Positions 37,935-49,372 of a stretch of 64,000 nucleotides of DNA are shown here, in pieces. The notes under the pieces are model-generated. The model searched no databases. It saw nothing but the letters and a program-made list of their open reading frames with translations, and had not been told where the DNA came from. This DNA is from an uncultured Verrucomicrobiae bacterium (GTDB lineage Bacteria > Verrucomicrobiota > Verrucomicrobiia > Chthoniobacterales > UBA10450). The stretch is taken from contig CAWFGO010000001.1 in assembly GCA_963815455.1 (NCBI GenBank), forward strand, positions 1,408,001-1,472,000, read 5' to 3'. A program made the position numbers and the translations under genes. Every line of letters starts with the position of its first letter. Position 1 is the first letter of the stretch.

Positions 37935-38337
37935 ATGTTAAGAAATATCAATAAACGTCGCGGGGGCTTCACCCTCGTGGAAATTATGATCGTGGTCGCG
38001 ATCATCGCGTTGCTGGCAGCCATCGCCGTGCCCGGATTCCTCCGTGCCCGGAAGCGCTCGCAAGCTACGCGCATCCTCAACGATCTGCGCATGATCGACG
38101 CGGCCGTCGACCAATACGCCATCGAAACGAACCGGACCTCCGGAGCGGCGGTGCCCTTCTCCGACTGGAAGGTCTACCTGAAAAAGGGCTCAGTCGCTCT
38201 ACAACACGGGCAATAGCATTCTGGGATCGGCCTACGGTACGCAAACCGTGGACCAAATCCCGCAGGTGCCATCGGCGGACTTGGCCACATTGTCCGACGT
38301 TGCCGACACCGGTTTCTGGTCGCCCTACGGGCCGTAA
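37935..38337 (+). CDS. Type IV pilin 1 (1-nt frameshift near 38195)
   Basis: G^FTLVEIMIVVAIIALLAAIAVP; after the shift LYNTGNSILGSAYGTQTVD...TLSDVADTGFWSPYGP*, colinear with pilin 2. Confidence 0.88.
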
Positions 38338-38470
38338 CGGATTCTGACGATTCATTCTCCTGTCACCGAAATGGTTCGGTGGCAGGGAATGAGTTGTGAG
38401 GACCAGCCCGGCGCCGCCGCCAGCGCTCATCCCAACTCGCATTAATAATAACAATTAAACAAGGGGAACT

Positions 38471-38875
38471 ATGTTAAGAAAATTATCAGCAAGACGAGCC
38501 GGCTTCACGCTGGTGGAAATCATGATCGTGGTCGCGATCATCGCGTTGCTGGCAGCCATCGCCGTGCCCGGATTTCTCCGGGCCCGCAAGCGTTCGCAAG
38601 CCACCAAGATCCTGAACGATCTGCGTATGATCGATGCCGCGGTCGATCAATATGCAATCGAAACCGGCCGCACCAGCGGCGCCACCGTGGAGGTCGCCGA
38701 TTGGACCAACTACGTTAAGAAGGACTCGATTCTTTACCTAACTGGCCAGAATCTATTCGGCGAAGATTATGGAGCGCAGACGGTCGATTCGTTGCCAGGT
38801 GTGACCCAGAATGCCTGGGACACGTTGTCCGACGTCGCCGGAAGCGAGTTCTTCTCGCCTTACGGACACCCCTAA
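38471..38875 (+). CDS. Type IV pilin 2
   Basis: G^FTLVEIMIVVAIIALLAAIAVP prepilin cleavage/methylation motif with E5; AGGGG RBS. Confidence 0.93.
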   Translation: MLRKLSARRAGFTLVEIMIVVAIIALLAAIAVPGFLRARKRSQATKILNDLRMIDAAVDQYAIETGRTSGATVEVADWTNYVKKDSILYLTGQNLFGEDYGAQTVDSLPGVTQNAWDTLSDVAGSEFFSPYGHP

Positions 38876-38901
38876 CCTTCGGTTTCCGTTAGCTCATTTA
38901 T

Positions 38902-38941
38902 GGGAGCGTCCTTTCGACGACGAAAGGACGCTCTCGATTTT
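38902..38941 (+). terminator. Intrinsic terminator after pilins
   Basis: GGGAGCGTCCTTTCG-ACGA-CGAAAGGACGCTCTC followed by T-run. Confidence 0.75.
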
Positions 38942-38952
38942 AACGACAGGCT

Positions 38953-41067
38953 GTGCCAACTCCCACTCCTTCTCGCAACCCGGTGAGGATAATTTTGAAT
39001 TATTGTCGTCGCGAATGGCTACGCGTCTGTTTTCTTGCCATCGTTGCCTTCATCGTGCGCGTGCCCGCGCTGCAAGGCGAGCCTATCTGGGACGATCTCT
39101 ATCTGGCCCGCGATAATCCATTCATCAAGAGCCCGCTCCTGATCCTGGAGGCATTTCGACATTATCTCTTTTTGGATTCCCTTTCGGTCTATTACCGGCC
39201 GGTCCAAAATATTTCATACGTTTTCGATTACTTTTTTTGGAACACGGATACCTGGGGCTTCCATTTGACGAATGTGCTGCTCCATGTCGCCAGCGGAATC
39301 CTGCTTTATTTTCTGCTCCGGCAATTGTTCGCCTCTCTGCTTCTGCGCCGCGCTTCAATCGCGGTCCGGGCGCGGGCGTTAAAGCGCTTCCCCTGGATTT
39401 CGCTGGCGGCGCTTTTGGTGGCGCTTATCTGGGTTGTCCATCCCGTGCATAGTGCAGCGATCGATTACATCTCTGGCCGCGCCGACAGTCTGGCATTTCT
39501 TCTGGCCAGCTCCGGCTGGCTGCTTTTCCTCCGGGGAAGAAGGACCGTCTGGCCCATCGCACGCGGCTCGCTCTACTTTCTGGCGGCTTTTTGTGGCCTG
39601 CTCGCGTTGTGCTCGCGTGAGATCGCCTTTGTTTGGATGTGCCTCTTCGTGGCCCACCTGGTTTTTATTGAGAGAAGCGCGCCCTGGCGCTTCCGTATTG
39701 GGGCCATTGTTGCCTGCGTCACGGTTATTGCCATCTATGCCGGCTTGCGCCAATTGCCCGGGCCGCGCGTTACGCAATCCAGTGAAAACTGGGCCGCTCC
39801 CGTTCGCGCCGCGCTGATGGCGCGCGCACTCGGTGATTACGGCCGGTTGATGATCTTCCCGTCGAACCTGCATATGGAACGCACGGTCTTTGACCCCGCT
39901 GCCGTGCGTAGCGATGCCGGCTGGCGAAACGAAATCGGCGTCGAGTATCTGTCGATCCTGGGTTTGATGATCGCGGCCGCTTTTGTTTTTGGATGCGCCT
40001 GGCCAGGACCCGGCCGAACCGCGCGAATCTTCGGCGCGAGCTGGTTTATCGCTGCCTACCTGCCGATCTCGAATATCACCCAACTTAATGCCACTGCGGC
40101 TGAGCACTGGCTTTACCTGCCCAGTGTCGGATTCCTCATTTTCGTGGCGGGCTGCATCGTCGAACTTCCGCGACGGCATTGGAAATTTGCCGTTACTGGC
40201 GCTCTTTGCGCAGTCACGGGGCTGAGTTTTCGCAGCTACGCGCGCAGCACAGATTGGGTCACACCTGAGACGTTCTATCGGCGCACGCTTGCGGCCGGAG
40301 GCACCAGCGCCCGGGTTGGTCTTAACCTTGGCCAAATTCACGCCGGCCGGGGCGAGTACAAGCAAGCGGAAAAGATATTTCGCAAGGTGCTCGAGATTGC
40401 GCCGGATTATCCGATTGCCCTGAACAACCTCGCCAGTGTTCTGGCCCGGCAAGGAAGGGACAAGGAAGCGGAAGCTCTGTTTGCGCGGCTCGAAAAAACT
40501 TCGACGGAAATGCGCGGGGAATATCCGCGCACCTGGGTGGGCGCGCTGAACCTCGCCCGGATGCGACACAACGCGCACAACGATGAGTCTGCCCTGGCCA
40601 TTCTCGAGCAAGCGCGAAAAGATTATCCCGAAGTTTGGGAACTGATCAGTTTTAAGTCGGAAATCCTGCGCCAGACCCTGGGACCAGATGCTGCGTTGCA
40701 TTTGGTTGAAGACTTTTCCCGTGCGAATTGGTGGCACCACCGTGCCGCCCTTGCTCTTGGACGTTTGTATGCGCAAGCGGACCATGTCGATCTTGCCGAC
40801 GCGGCGCTGCAGCGTGCCAGTTGGCTCGACGTGCACGATACCGAGGCCCTGCGGCTCATTGTTCAGATGCGATTGGGCCAAAACGAATTCAAGGAAGCGC
40901 TCCGAACCCAGCGGCGTTCGATCGCACGTCAACCAGACCAGCCGCGTCAATATGTTTTGCTCTCCGACATCCTGGACAAAATGGGACGCAACGCGGAAGC
41001 GCGCGCCGCGTTGGCAAAAGCTTCACAACTGCGCTCACTTGTGCAGAATCAGCTAACCGCCAATTGA
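38953..41067 (+). CDS. TMTC-like GT-C protein glycosyltransferase with TPR repeats
   Basis: IWDD, YYRPV, FHLTNVLLH, VHPVHSAAIDYISGRADSL, AEHWLYLPSVG, C-terminal TPRs. Confidence 0.85.
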   Translation: MPTPTPSRNPVRIILNYCRREWLRVCFLAIVAFIVRVPALQGEPIWDDLYLARDNPFIKSPLLILEAFRHYLFLDSLSVYYRPVQNISYVFDYFFWNTDTWGFHLTNVLLHVASGILLYFLLRQLFASLLLRRASIAVRARALKRFPWISLAALLVALIWVVHPVHSAAIDYISGRADSLAFLLASSGWLLFLRGRRTVWPIARGSLYFLAAFCGLLALCSREIAFVWMCLFVAHLVFIERSAPWRFRIGAIVACVTVIAIYAGLRQLPGPRVTQSSENWAAPVRAALMARALGDYGRLMIFPSNLHMERTVFDPAAVRSDAGWRNEIGVEYLSILGLMIAAAFVFGCAWPGPGRTARIFGASWFIAAYLPISNITQLNATAAEHWLYLPSVGFLIFVAGCIVELPRRHWKFAVTGALCAVTGLSFRSYARSTDWVTPETFYRRTLAAGGTSARVGLNLGQIHAGRGEYKQAEKIFRKVLEIAPDYPIALNNLASVLARQGRDKEAEALFARLEKTSTEMRGEYPRTWVGALNLARMRHNAHNDESALAILEQARKDYPEVWELISFKSEILRQTLGPDAALHLVEDFSRANWWHHRAALALGRLYAQADHVDLADAALQRASWLDVHDTEALRLIVQMRLGQNEFKEALRTQRRSIARQPDQPRQYVLLSDILDKMGRNAEARAALAKASQLRSLVQNQLTAN

Positions 41068-41197
41068 AGGCGTCGGAAACAAGCTTCGGCGGGCCAATGA
41101 GCTCGAAGGGTAAAAGGCATCCGAAAACAACAACCCACTGATCGCGCCGCCGCGCTGGCCAGCGCGCCAATTTCCGCTCGGACGCAAATCGCCGAAA

Positions 41198-41485
41198 TTA
41201 ATCTTTCGGCGGTGGCCCGTTTCGGAAGATGATCATATCCGTTGCGGTGGTCGGGATCGGCCCTCTGATTCGATCGCAGGGCTGCACAATTGCAGAGTCT
41301 GAGATCAACGTATAACAGACTTTCTTGACCGTTCTTGCTTTCTTAATCGGCCGCTGCTTTTCCGAGACGATTACGTTTTTTCCCGGATCGGCGAACGCCG
41401 ACGCGCAAAATGCGAGCGCAAGCACCATGCCCACGCATCGCACCGACCAACCGAACCGGCGACCATGCCTAGTGTCAGTTGTCAT
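41198..41485 (-). CDS. Small exported hypothetical protein
   Basis: Signal-like VGMVLALAFCASAFA then CYTLISDSAIVQPCDRIRGPIPTT. Confidence 0.5.
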   Translation of the reverse strand: MTTDTRHGRRFGWSVRCVGMVLALAFCASAFADPGKNVIVSEKQRPIKKARTVKKVCYTLISDSAIVQPCDRIRGPIPTTATDMIIFRNGPPPKD

Positions 41486-41544
41486 GGCGCTATTATCGGA
41501 CTCGTTGCTGAAAGATACAATCAAAATGGCAGGGATTCCGGGCG

Positions 41545-43999
41545 TCAGTTCTCCCAGAGAAAATGTTCCAACCGCAGGCGGTTGAGGCGGGTCTTGGCTT
41601 CTTCGCTTCGGCTTCCTCCAGCCGACGCCAGTTTTTGGTAAACCGCGACCGCCGACTCCCATTTTGCTTCATCCTCCAATAACCGGGCGGCGTTGAATCC
41701 CGCCTTGTAAAACCAGAAAAGTTCGCGCCGCCGGTCGGGGCGCGCCTCGTTTTCCAGGACTTGATAAAAGGTGGCCAGAGCGCCGGCCCGATCGCCGTCC
41801 TTTTCCAAACAGACCCCCTTCTTGAACAGCGCCTGGTTGCGCCAATGGATTGGCGCCTCATTCTCAGAGGCGAGCTGGTCGTAGGCCTCAATCGCGCGCC
41901 GATAATTTTCGCTTCCGCCCTTCTCGAAAAAAATGTCGCCTTTGCCGCAAAGTGCCTCGCGTTTCTCCGTCGGGCGGGCATCGCCTTTCAGCACTTCGTC
42001 GTAGAGCGAGAGCGCGTCCTGCGGTTTACCCAGTTTGCGTTCGATCACGGCTTGTTCGTTGCGCGCGGCCCACTTCAGTTCGCCATTCAGCTGCACCACC
42101 CGATCGAAAAGCACAATGGCCCGGTCAAGCGAGTTCGCGCCCATACTCGACATGGCCGATTCCGCCGCGAAAAAGAGCGCTTTCTCGGTCAGCCCGCCGG
42201 CCGGATTTCGTTCTGCCAGAATTTCGAATTGGGTTTGCGCGTTCGGGAAATCCTGGCGTCGATAGTAGGTCTCGGCGAGCTTCATGCGAACGTCGGGCCC
42301 GAACGGCGAATCGGGATGGCGCTGGAGAAAACGGCCGGCCAGCTCGATAACTTTTGCGTCGTTCCCCTCGGCCAGATCTTCAATCCAAATCATGAGATAA
42401 TCGGCGCGCTCGGCCGCAGCGGCGGTCGGTTGGGCCTCCGCGGCGCGGGCCAGGTTTTTTCGCGCGTCATCGAGACGCGGGGGCACGGCGTGAAACGCCA
42501 ATTCGGCCAGGGCCACCCACGCTTCCGACACGCGCGGATTTTTGGGAAAATCGCGGACAAATTCTCGCAAGGTTTGCGTGGCTTTCTTGTCACCGTTGGC
42601 CGCCCGGGCCAGACCATCTTCCAGTCGCAATTCGACGCGTGCGATCCTCGTCGCCGCCTTGCTTTTCGAATTCGTTGTAATCGGCCAGAAAACGAGCGTG
42701 ATCGTTCATTTGCAGCGAACCGGCCGAAGCATTAAAAAACGCCAGCTTCGCAAATGGTGAAGACGAATGGGCGACTTGCTCGTAGGCGGTAGTCGCCACA
42801 TCGAAGCGTCCGGCGAGATAATTTGCTCTGGCGGCTAACAAGATCGATTCGAGCGACCATTGCCGCTTCCGGCCGCAGCTGGCGCGCATCGTTTAGAACC
42901 GCGATCGCCTGGTCGAAATGTCGATCTTCGATTGCCAGCCGGGCAAAATCCAGAAATGCTCCGGCCAGCGCGGGAGATTTTGCGCCCTCGCGGCGCAGGC
43001 CCGCAAAGAATTTGCAGCGCGCGGTCGCGGTGTCCGGCCCGAAGATCGAGCCGGGCCAGATACCACCGGGCCAGGCTGCGTCTCGGCTGGCCGGGATCGC
43101 GCGATCCACCGCTCCAGCTCAGACCGCGACGGTTTGCGTTGCGCGCGATAAAGTTCGTCCAATTTCGCGAAAATGCGGGCAAGATCGACATCGTTCGGAT
43201 GATGTTCGATAAAATCTTCCAGCACATCGTCACCGGTCTCGGCCGTTTTTAATTGCAGATGCGCATCGGCGATGGAGAAGAGCGCCGCTGTCAGGATCGA
43301 ATGACTGGCACCCTGAGGTTTCTTGAGAAGCGACTCAAACACAGGAATGGCGCGTTCGGGATGGTGGTCGACCATTTCCAGGCGACCACGCAGGAAATGC
43401 CGGGTTTTTCTTTCCGACGCCGCTTTCGGCTGCAGCTTATCGAGCAATCGCTTCGCATTCGTGGCATCGGACTTATCCAGATAAATTTCGGCGGCACGCA
43501 ATTGCGCCCGCACGCTCCACTGTGGATCGCGAAAGAGCGTCAGGAACTTGTGCAGGGCCTCGTCGTCTCGACCCAGGGCGCGCAGCATTTCACCGGCCCC
43601 GAAGACGGCGCCGGCGCGCATGGCCAAATCCTGGCCGGCGGCGACCTTCTCGTAGAGCGGGAGCGCGTCCTTCCATCGATCCAAGCCGGCCAGAGCTTGG
43701 GCGCGACAAAATTGGGCCGAAGAAACATTTCGTAAACGCGGATCCTCGAGCAGTTTGAGAGCGTCGAGCGGCTGCCGGGCAGCGATTTGAGCTTCGGCGA
43801 GCTTTTCCGCGGTTGCACGCCATTCCGGTTCAGGAAGTTTGTGGTTGAGCAACGTTTGCAGACGGGCGACGGCAACTTCCGGCACGCCCTCCGCCAGCGG
43901 CGCACTCGCTTTTGCGAGCTCGGCAGAAAACTCCGCTCGCGCAAATGGCGCGAACACCGCGAGAAGCCCGACAAGAAATGTGGCTCCGATCCGGTTCAT
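41545..43999 (-). CDS. Large exported TPR protein (several frameshifts 42630-43110)
   Basis: Signal [25 protein letters not shown]-like repeats in successive frames ending [11 protein letters not shown]. Confidence 0.8.
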
Positions 44000-46941
44000 T
44001 TTCTGTCCAAGAGCGGCCGCAGATACGTCCCGATGTGACTCTTCGGAAGATCGACAATCTTCTCCGGCGCTCCGGCGCCAACAATGTCGCCGCCCTGTTC
44101 GCCGCCTTCCGGACCGAGATCGATGATCCAATCCGCGCACTTTAATCATTTCCAGGTTATGTTCGATCACGATGAGCGTATTGCCGGCGTCGCGAAGTTT
44201 CATCAGCACTTGCAGCAATTTCTCGATATCGGCGAAATGCAATCCGGTCGTCGGTTCGTCCAAAATGTAGATGGTGCGTCCGGTCGCTTTCTTCGCCAGT
44301 TCGGTCGCGAGCTTTACCCGTTGTGCTTCGCCGCCGGAAAGTGTCGTGCCGGCCTGGCCAAGCTGCAAATAACCCAGGCCAACATCGAGCAGCGCGTTGA
44401 GCTTGTCCGAGATGCTGGGCACGTTTCGGAAAAAGCGCGCCGCTTCATCGATCGTCAGGTCGAGCACGTCGGCGATATTTTTTCCCTTATAGGTGATCTC
44501 GAGTGTCTCGCGATTGTAACGCCGGCCCGCGACAAACTTCGCATTGCACATACACGTCCGGCAAAAAGTGCATCTCGATCTTAATCAAGCCGCCGCCTTC
44601 GCAATTTTCGCAGCGGCCGCCCTTCACATTGAAACTGAAACGGCCCGCGTCGTACCCGCGGACGCGAGCCGTCGGCAGTTGCGAGAAAAGTTCGCGGATC
44701 GGCGCAAACGCGCCGGTGTAGGTGACCGGATTCGAGCGCGGGGTGCGCCCGATCGCGCTTTGATCGATTACAATCGCCTTGTCGATTTGCTCGACGCCGC
44801 GCAATGCCCGATATGCGCCCGGTTTTTCCTTCGAATTGTAAAAGCGGCGAAACAACGCGCGCCGCAGGATATCGTCCACCAATGTCGATTTTCCGCTCCC
44901 GGAAACGCCGGTTACGCAGGTGAAACAGCCCAAGCGGAAATGCGACATCGATGTTCTTTAGATTATTTTCCGCGGCCCCTTCGAGAACCAACCAGCCTTC
45001 TTCATTTTTTGCTTCGCGATTTCGGACAGAGCGGGGTTTTGTGCGCTGCTTGGGAACCGGGATTCGTAAGCGACCAGAAAGATAATCGGCAGTCAGGGAA
45101 TTCTTCGCCGCGCAGAACATCTTCAAGTGTTCCCTGGGCCACGATCTCGCCGCCGCGCGGTCCGGCGCCCGGGCCAAGATCGATAATGTGATCGGCGGCG
45201 CGAATGGTTTCCTCGTCATGCTCGACGACGATAACGGAATTGCCAAGATCGCGCAGCCGGCGCAAGCGTCCCGAGCAGACGGGCATTGTCGCGCTGGTGC
45301 AGGCCGATGCTCGGTTCGTCGAGAACATAAAGTACACCGGCCAGGCCGGAACCGATCTGAGTGGCCAGGCGAATTCGTTGCGCTTCGCCGCCGCTCAACG
45401 TCCCGCTCTCGCGATCGAGCGTAAGATAGCCCAGACCGACCTCGACCAGGAATTGCAGCCGCGATTGAATTTCGCGGACGACGTCGGCCGCGATCTGCTT
45501 CTGTGGCGCGGTCAGGGCGAGATTGTCGATGTAACGCGCCGCCGCCTCGGTCGTTTGTTCGCTGAATTGATGAATGTTGAGCTCGCGACCGTCTCGATCC
45601 TTGATCGTAACCGCGAGGATTTCCGGCTTTAGCCGCGCACCGCCGCATTTTTTGCAGGGCACCCGCGTCATAAACGAGCGGATGCGGTTGCGGGTGAACT
45701 CGCTCTGGGTTTCTTCGTAGAGTCGCTGCATCTGCGGCACCAGACCTTCAAACGGACGGTTCTTTTCTCCGCCTGCTCGCGATTTATCGGAGTTGCCGCC
45801 GAACTTCATCTCAATCGGCTGGCCATTCGTGCCGAAATAGAGCGCATCTTTGAATTCGTTCGGCAAATTGGCGAACGGCACATCTTCATCAACGTGAAAA
45901 TGTTTCACCAGCGCGCCTTGCAAATGCCGATAGTAAGCCTGCATCCGCTTGGTGCCGCGTCGCCAGGGCATAATCGCGCCTTCGGCAATCGTTTTTCCCG
46001 GATCCGGGATCATCAACTCGGGATCGAGAACCTGCTGCGTCCCGAGCCCGTGACAGGCCGGACAAGCTCCGAGATGGCTGTTGAACGAAAAATGTTTCGG
46101 GCGTCAGCTCGCCCAGCGTAAATCCGGTTTCCGCGTTTCCATAATCGGTCGAGTAGCGCACTTCTTCCCAGTCTCCTAATTGGGCGTTGGGCGTGGATCT
46201 TCGGTTGGCTTCTCCTCTTCAGCGCCACCAATCGGTTCTCGCCCCATCTCAGCGCCGTTTCCATCGAATCGGTCAACCGCACGCGGATCCCTTCCCGAAC
46301 CACGAGTCGATCGACCACGGCCTCGATCGTGTGCCGCATGTTTTTCTTCAGACCGGATCGGATCGGGTCGATCCAGCTCGACGATTTCCCCATCCACGCG
46401 CACCCGGACAAAGCCTTCGCGTTTTGCCTTTTCGATCACATCGCGAAATTCGCCGCGTCTGATCCTGCACCAGCGGCGCCAGCAAAATGATTTTCGAGTC
46501 CGGCGCATAGGCCAGGACTTGATCCACAATTTGTTGCGGCGTTTGGCGGTGAATCGGCTGACCCGTCGCCGGGATCGTGGGGCTGGCCGACCGCCGAGAA
46601 AAGGACGCGCAAGTAATCGTAAATCTCCGTCGTGGTGGCGATTGTCGATCTTGGGATTTGCGCCCGCGCTGCGCTGCTCGATGGCGATGGCGGGAGAAAG
46701 GCCCTCGATGAAATCGACGTCCGGCTTTTCCATCTGATCGAGGAACTGCCGGGCGTAGGCCGACAGGCTCTCGACGTATCGCCGTCTGCCCCTCCGCATA
46801 CAGGGTATCGAAGGCGAGCGACGATTTCCCCGAGCCGCTCAGCCCGGTGATGACGACCAGCTTCTCCCGCGGGATTTCGACGTGGAGATTTTTGAGATTG
46901 TGCTGGCGCGCACCACTGATCTTGATAACTTGCGCAGGCAT
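43996..46941 (-). CDS. uvrA: Excinuclease ABC subunit A (many frameshifts)
   Basis: [104 protein letters not shown]. Confidence 0.95.
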
Positions 46942-47010
46942 TTTGACGAAAAATGTCGAACCTTTAAGTCAAGCACAGCCGCCCCGTTTCTCCAGCGAAA
47001 TTCCCCGAAA

Positions 47011-47268
47011 ATGAAGGATACCGGTCAACCCATCACCCCTGCCGAACTCGAGCAGTTGCGAAAGAAATTCAGCGAGATCAAGCACTCGATCAATAACGCC
47101 CTTGCCGTCATGATGGCGCTTTCCGAGATGTCGCAACGCCGGCCCGATTATTCCGAGAAGCTGGCCAGCACCGTCTTGAGCAAAGCGCCCCAGATTGTCG
47201 CCAGCTTGCAGGAATTTACCCAGGCCTTGAACGAGAAGGCGGGAATCAAAGCGGCCGAACCGAAGTAG
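47011..47268 (+). CDS. Small helical protein with HisKA/DHp-like H-box
   Basis: [20 protein letters not shown] resembles an H-box; directly upstream of phoB. Confidence 0.65.
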   Translation: MKDTGQPITPAELEQLRKKFSEIKHSINNALAVMMALSEMSQRRPDYSEKLASTVLSKAPQIVASLQEFTQALNEKAGIKAAEPK

Positions 47269-47291
47269 TTTCATCCCGACAGCTGCTGGGT

Positions 47292-47989
47292 ATGGAAGCG
47301 GCATCCGGCCGGAAAATCCTGATCGTCGAGGACGAGAGGGACGTTGTCGATCTTCTCACCTTGAATCTTCGTAAAGCCGGCGGGTTTGCGGTTTCGACGG
47401 CCCACGATGGCGTGACTGGGCTGAGCAAAGCCCGTTCGGAAAAGCCGGCCTTCATCATTCTGGATCTGATGTTGCCGAAAATGCCGGGCCTGGAAGCTGT
47501 GCAAGATCCTGAAGACCGATTCCGCCACGCGCCACATACCGATCATGATGTTGACCGCCAAAGCCGAGGAAATCGATCGCATCGTGGGCTTGGAGTTTGG
47601 GGCTGATGACTACGTCACCAAACCGTTCAGTCCGCGCGAAGTCGTGTTGCGCATTCAAGGCGATCCTGCGCCGGGCCGAGGTAAAACAGGATGACGAACG
47701 TCTCACCGCCGGTTCGATAACAATCGATCCGGCCCGCCACGAAGTCTCCGTTAGCGGCAAGCGGGTGAATCTCACCAGCCTCGAGTTCAAACTTTTGCGC
47801 ACCCTGATGCAGCGACGCGGCCGGGTCCAGGCCCGCGACCGTTTGCTCAACGAAGTCTGGGGTTACGAAAGCGTGATCGACACTCGAACGGTGGATACCC
47901 ATGTGCGCCGGTTGCGCGAGAAGCTGGGCAAGGCCGGCGATGTTGTCGAAACCGTGCGTGGCTTTGGTTACCGCTTGCGGGAAAAATAG
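47292..47989 (+). CDS. phoB: OmpR/PhoB family response regulator (two frameshifts)
   Basis: [59 protein letters not shown]; upstream of phoR-pst. Confidence 0.88.
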
Positions 47990-47995
47990 ACGCGC

Positions 47996-49325
47996 ATGTT
48001 TTGGATCCTCGTCTGCGCTATCGGCGCATCGGCAATTGGCCTGGTTTGGGTGGCCTGGCGAAAATCGACCGCGCCCTGGCGCCATGTCGAAAATCTTGTT
48101 GGACCAAATATCGCGCGGTGAACGCCCGCGAACGTTTTTGGTCGAAGGCGGCGCCGGATCGAAGCGGGTCGGCCTCGCGCTGGAGAATATTTTTGCGCGT
48201 CAGGAGGAACTCGAGCGGCAGATCGCCGGGCGCGAATCCGGCACGCAAACGATCCTTCGCGCGATGCAGGACGGCCTTCTGGTAGTCGATTCGAGCCGGC
48301 GCGTGATGCTGATGAACCGCGCTTTTCGTAAACTGTTCGGCCTGCCCAGAACTTCGCCCGGCACGCCGCTGCTCGATTTTCTCCGGGATGCAGATTTGGA
48401 GCGGCTCATCGCGGAAACGCTCCGGACGGGTGAAGTGATGCAGAGCGAATTGGTTCTCCCGGGTCCTACCGCCGAACGGCATGTCGAGATCAACGCCGTC
48501 CCGATGAAGGACGATGTCGATCTTACCACCGGCGCGGTGATTGTGTTTCACGACATCACCCAGCTGAAACAAGCCGACCGGGTCCGTCGCGATTTCGTGG
48601 CGAATGTTTCACACGAATTGCGCACACCGTTGTCGATCCTGCGCGGTTATATCGAGACATTGCGTGATCAACCCGAAACGTCGCCCGCGGAGCTTTCCCG
48701 GATTTTGGAAGTCATGGAGCGCCATTCCAAGCGGCTCGGATTGCTCGTTGAGGACCTGCTTTCGCTCGCCGAATTGGAATCGAGCACGCCGCATCTGCAA
48801 CTCAACGATGTGCGCCTGGCGGAATTATTCGCCAACGTCGTCCGCGATTGGGAAAGGAAGTTGGCGGACAAGAAGTTGCAAGCAGTTGTCGATCTCGCGC
48901 CGGATACGCCAGCGACCATTCGGGCCGATGAAACGCGGCTCCAGGAAGTCCTCTACAACCTGCTCGATAACGCCGTGAAATATTCTCCCGAAAACGGCGA
49001 GATTCGCCTTCAAGCCGAGCCTCGCAGTGTAGCCGCGGGTCGAAGACTCGCCGTGGAGAGCACTGACCGCGGAACGCACCCGCCCGAAATTGTCCTAAGC
49101 GTCAGCGACGACGGAGTGGGCATTCCGCAGGAAGATTTACCCCGCATATTCGAGAGATTTTATCGAGCCGACAAAGCGCGCAGTCGCGAGCTCGGCGGCA
49201 CCGGCCTCGGCCTCGCCATCGTAAAACACATCGCCCAACTCCACGGCGGCCGGGTCGAAGCCCGAAGCGAGCCGGGCAAAGGCACGACCATTCGCATAAT
49301 CCTGCCGGTTGTCACACAAACGTAA
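47996..49325 (+). CDS. phoR: Phosphate regulon sensor kinase (N-terminal frameshift)
   Basis: PAS, RRDFVANVSHELRTPL, NLLDNAVKY, DDGVGIP, IFERFYRADKARSRELGGTGLGLAIVKH. Confidence 0.9.
49029..49072 (+). repeat. GTAG-REP-derived insert inside phoR
   Basis: GTAGCCGCGG...CTGACCGCGG matches the REP at 13447-13471 (reverse complement GTAGCCGCGGCCGCTGACCGCGG). Confidence 0.7.
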
Positions 49326-49330
49326 CAGTA
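49309..49330 (+). promoter_or_regulatory. PHO box upstream of pstS
   Basis: GTCACA-N5-GTAACA direct repeat with 11-bp period. Confidence 0.6.
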
Positions 49331-49372
49331 AAGCCTTTGACCCCTTGGAGCCGGGTGCGGCAACTTCGTTGC

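Noticed and set aside
39379..40950. Long antisense ORFs (also 6211-7227, 20044-21261, 29446-30669, 61801-62919)
   Set aside because: Shadow frames of well-supported genes in GC-rich DNA, with no motifs.
42893..44551. UvrA-TPR fusion protein
   Set aside because: Artefact of a frameshift near the uvrA 3' end. The uvrA stop overlaps the TPR gene ATG at 43996-43999.
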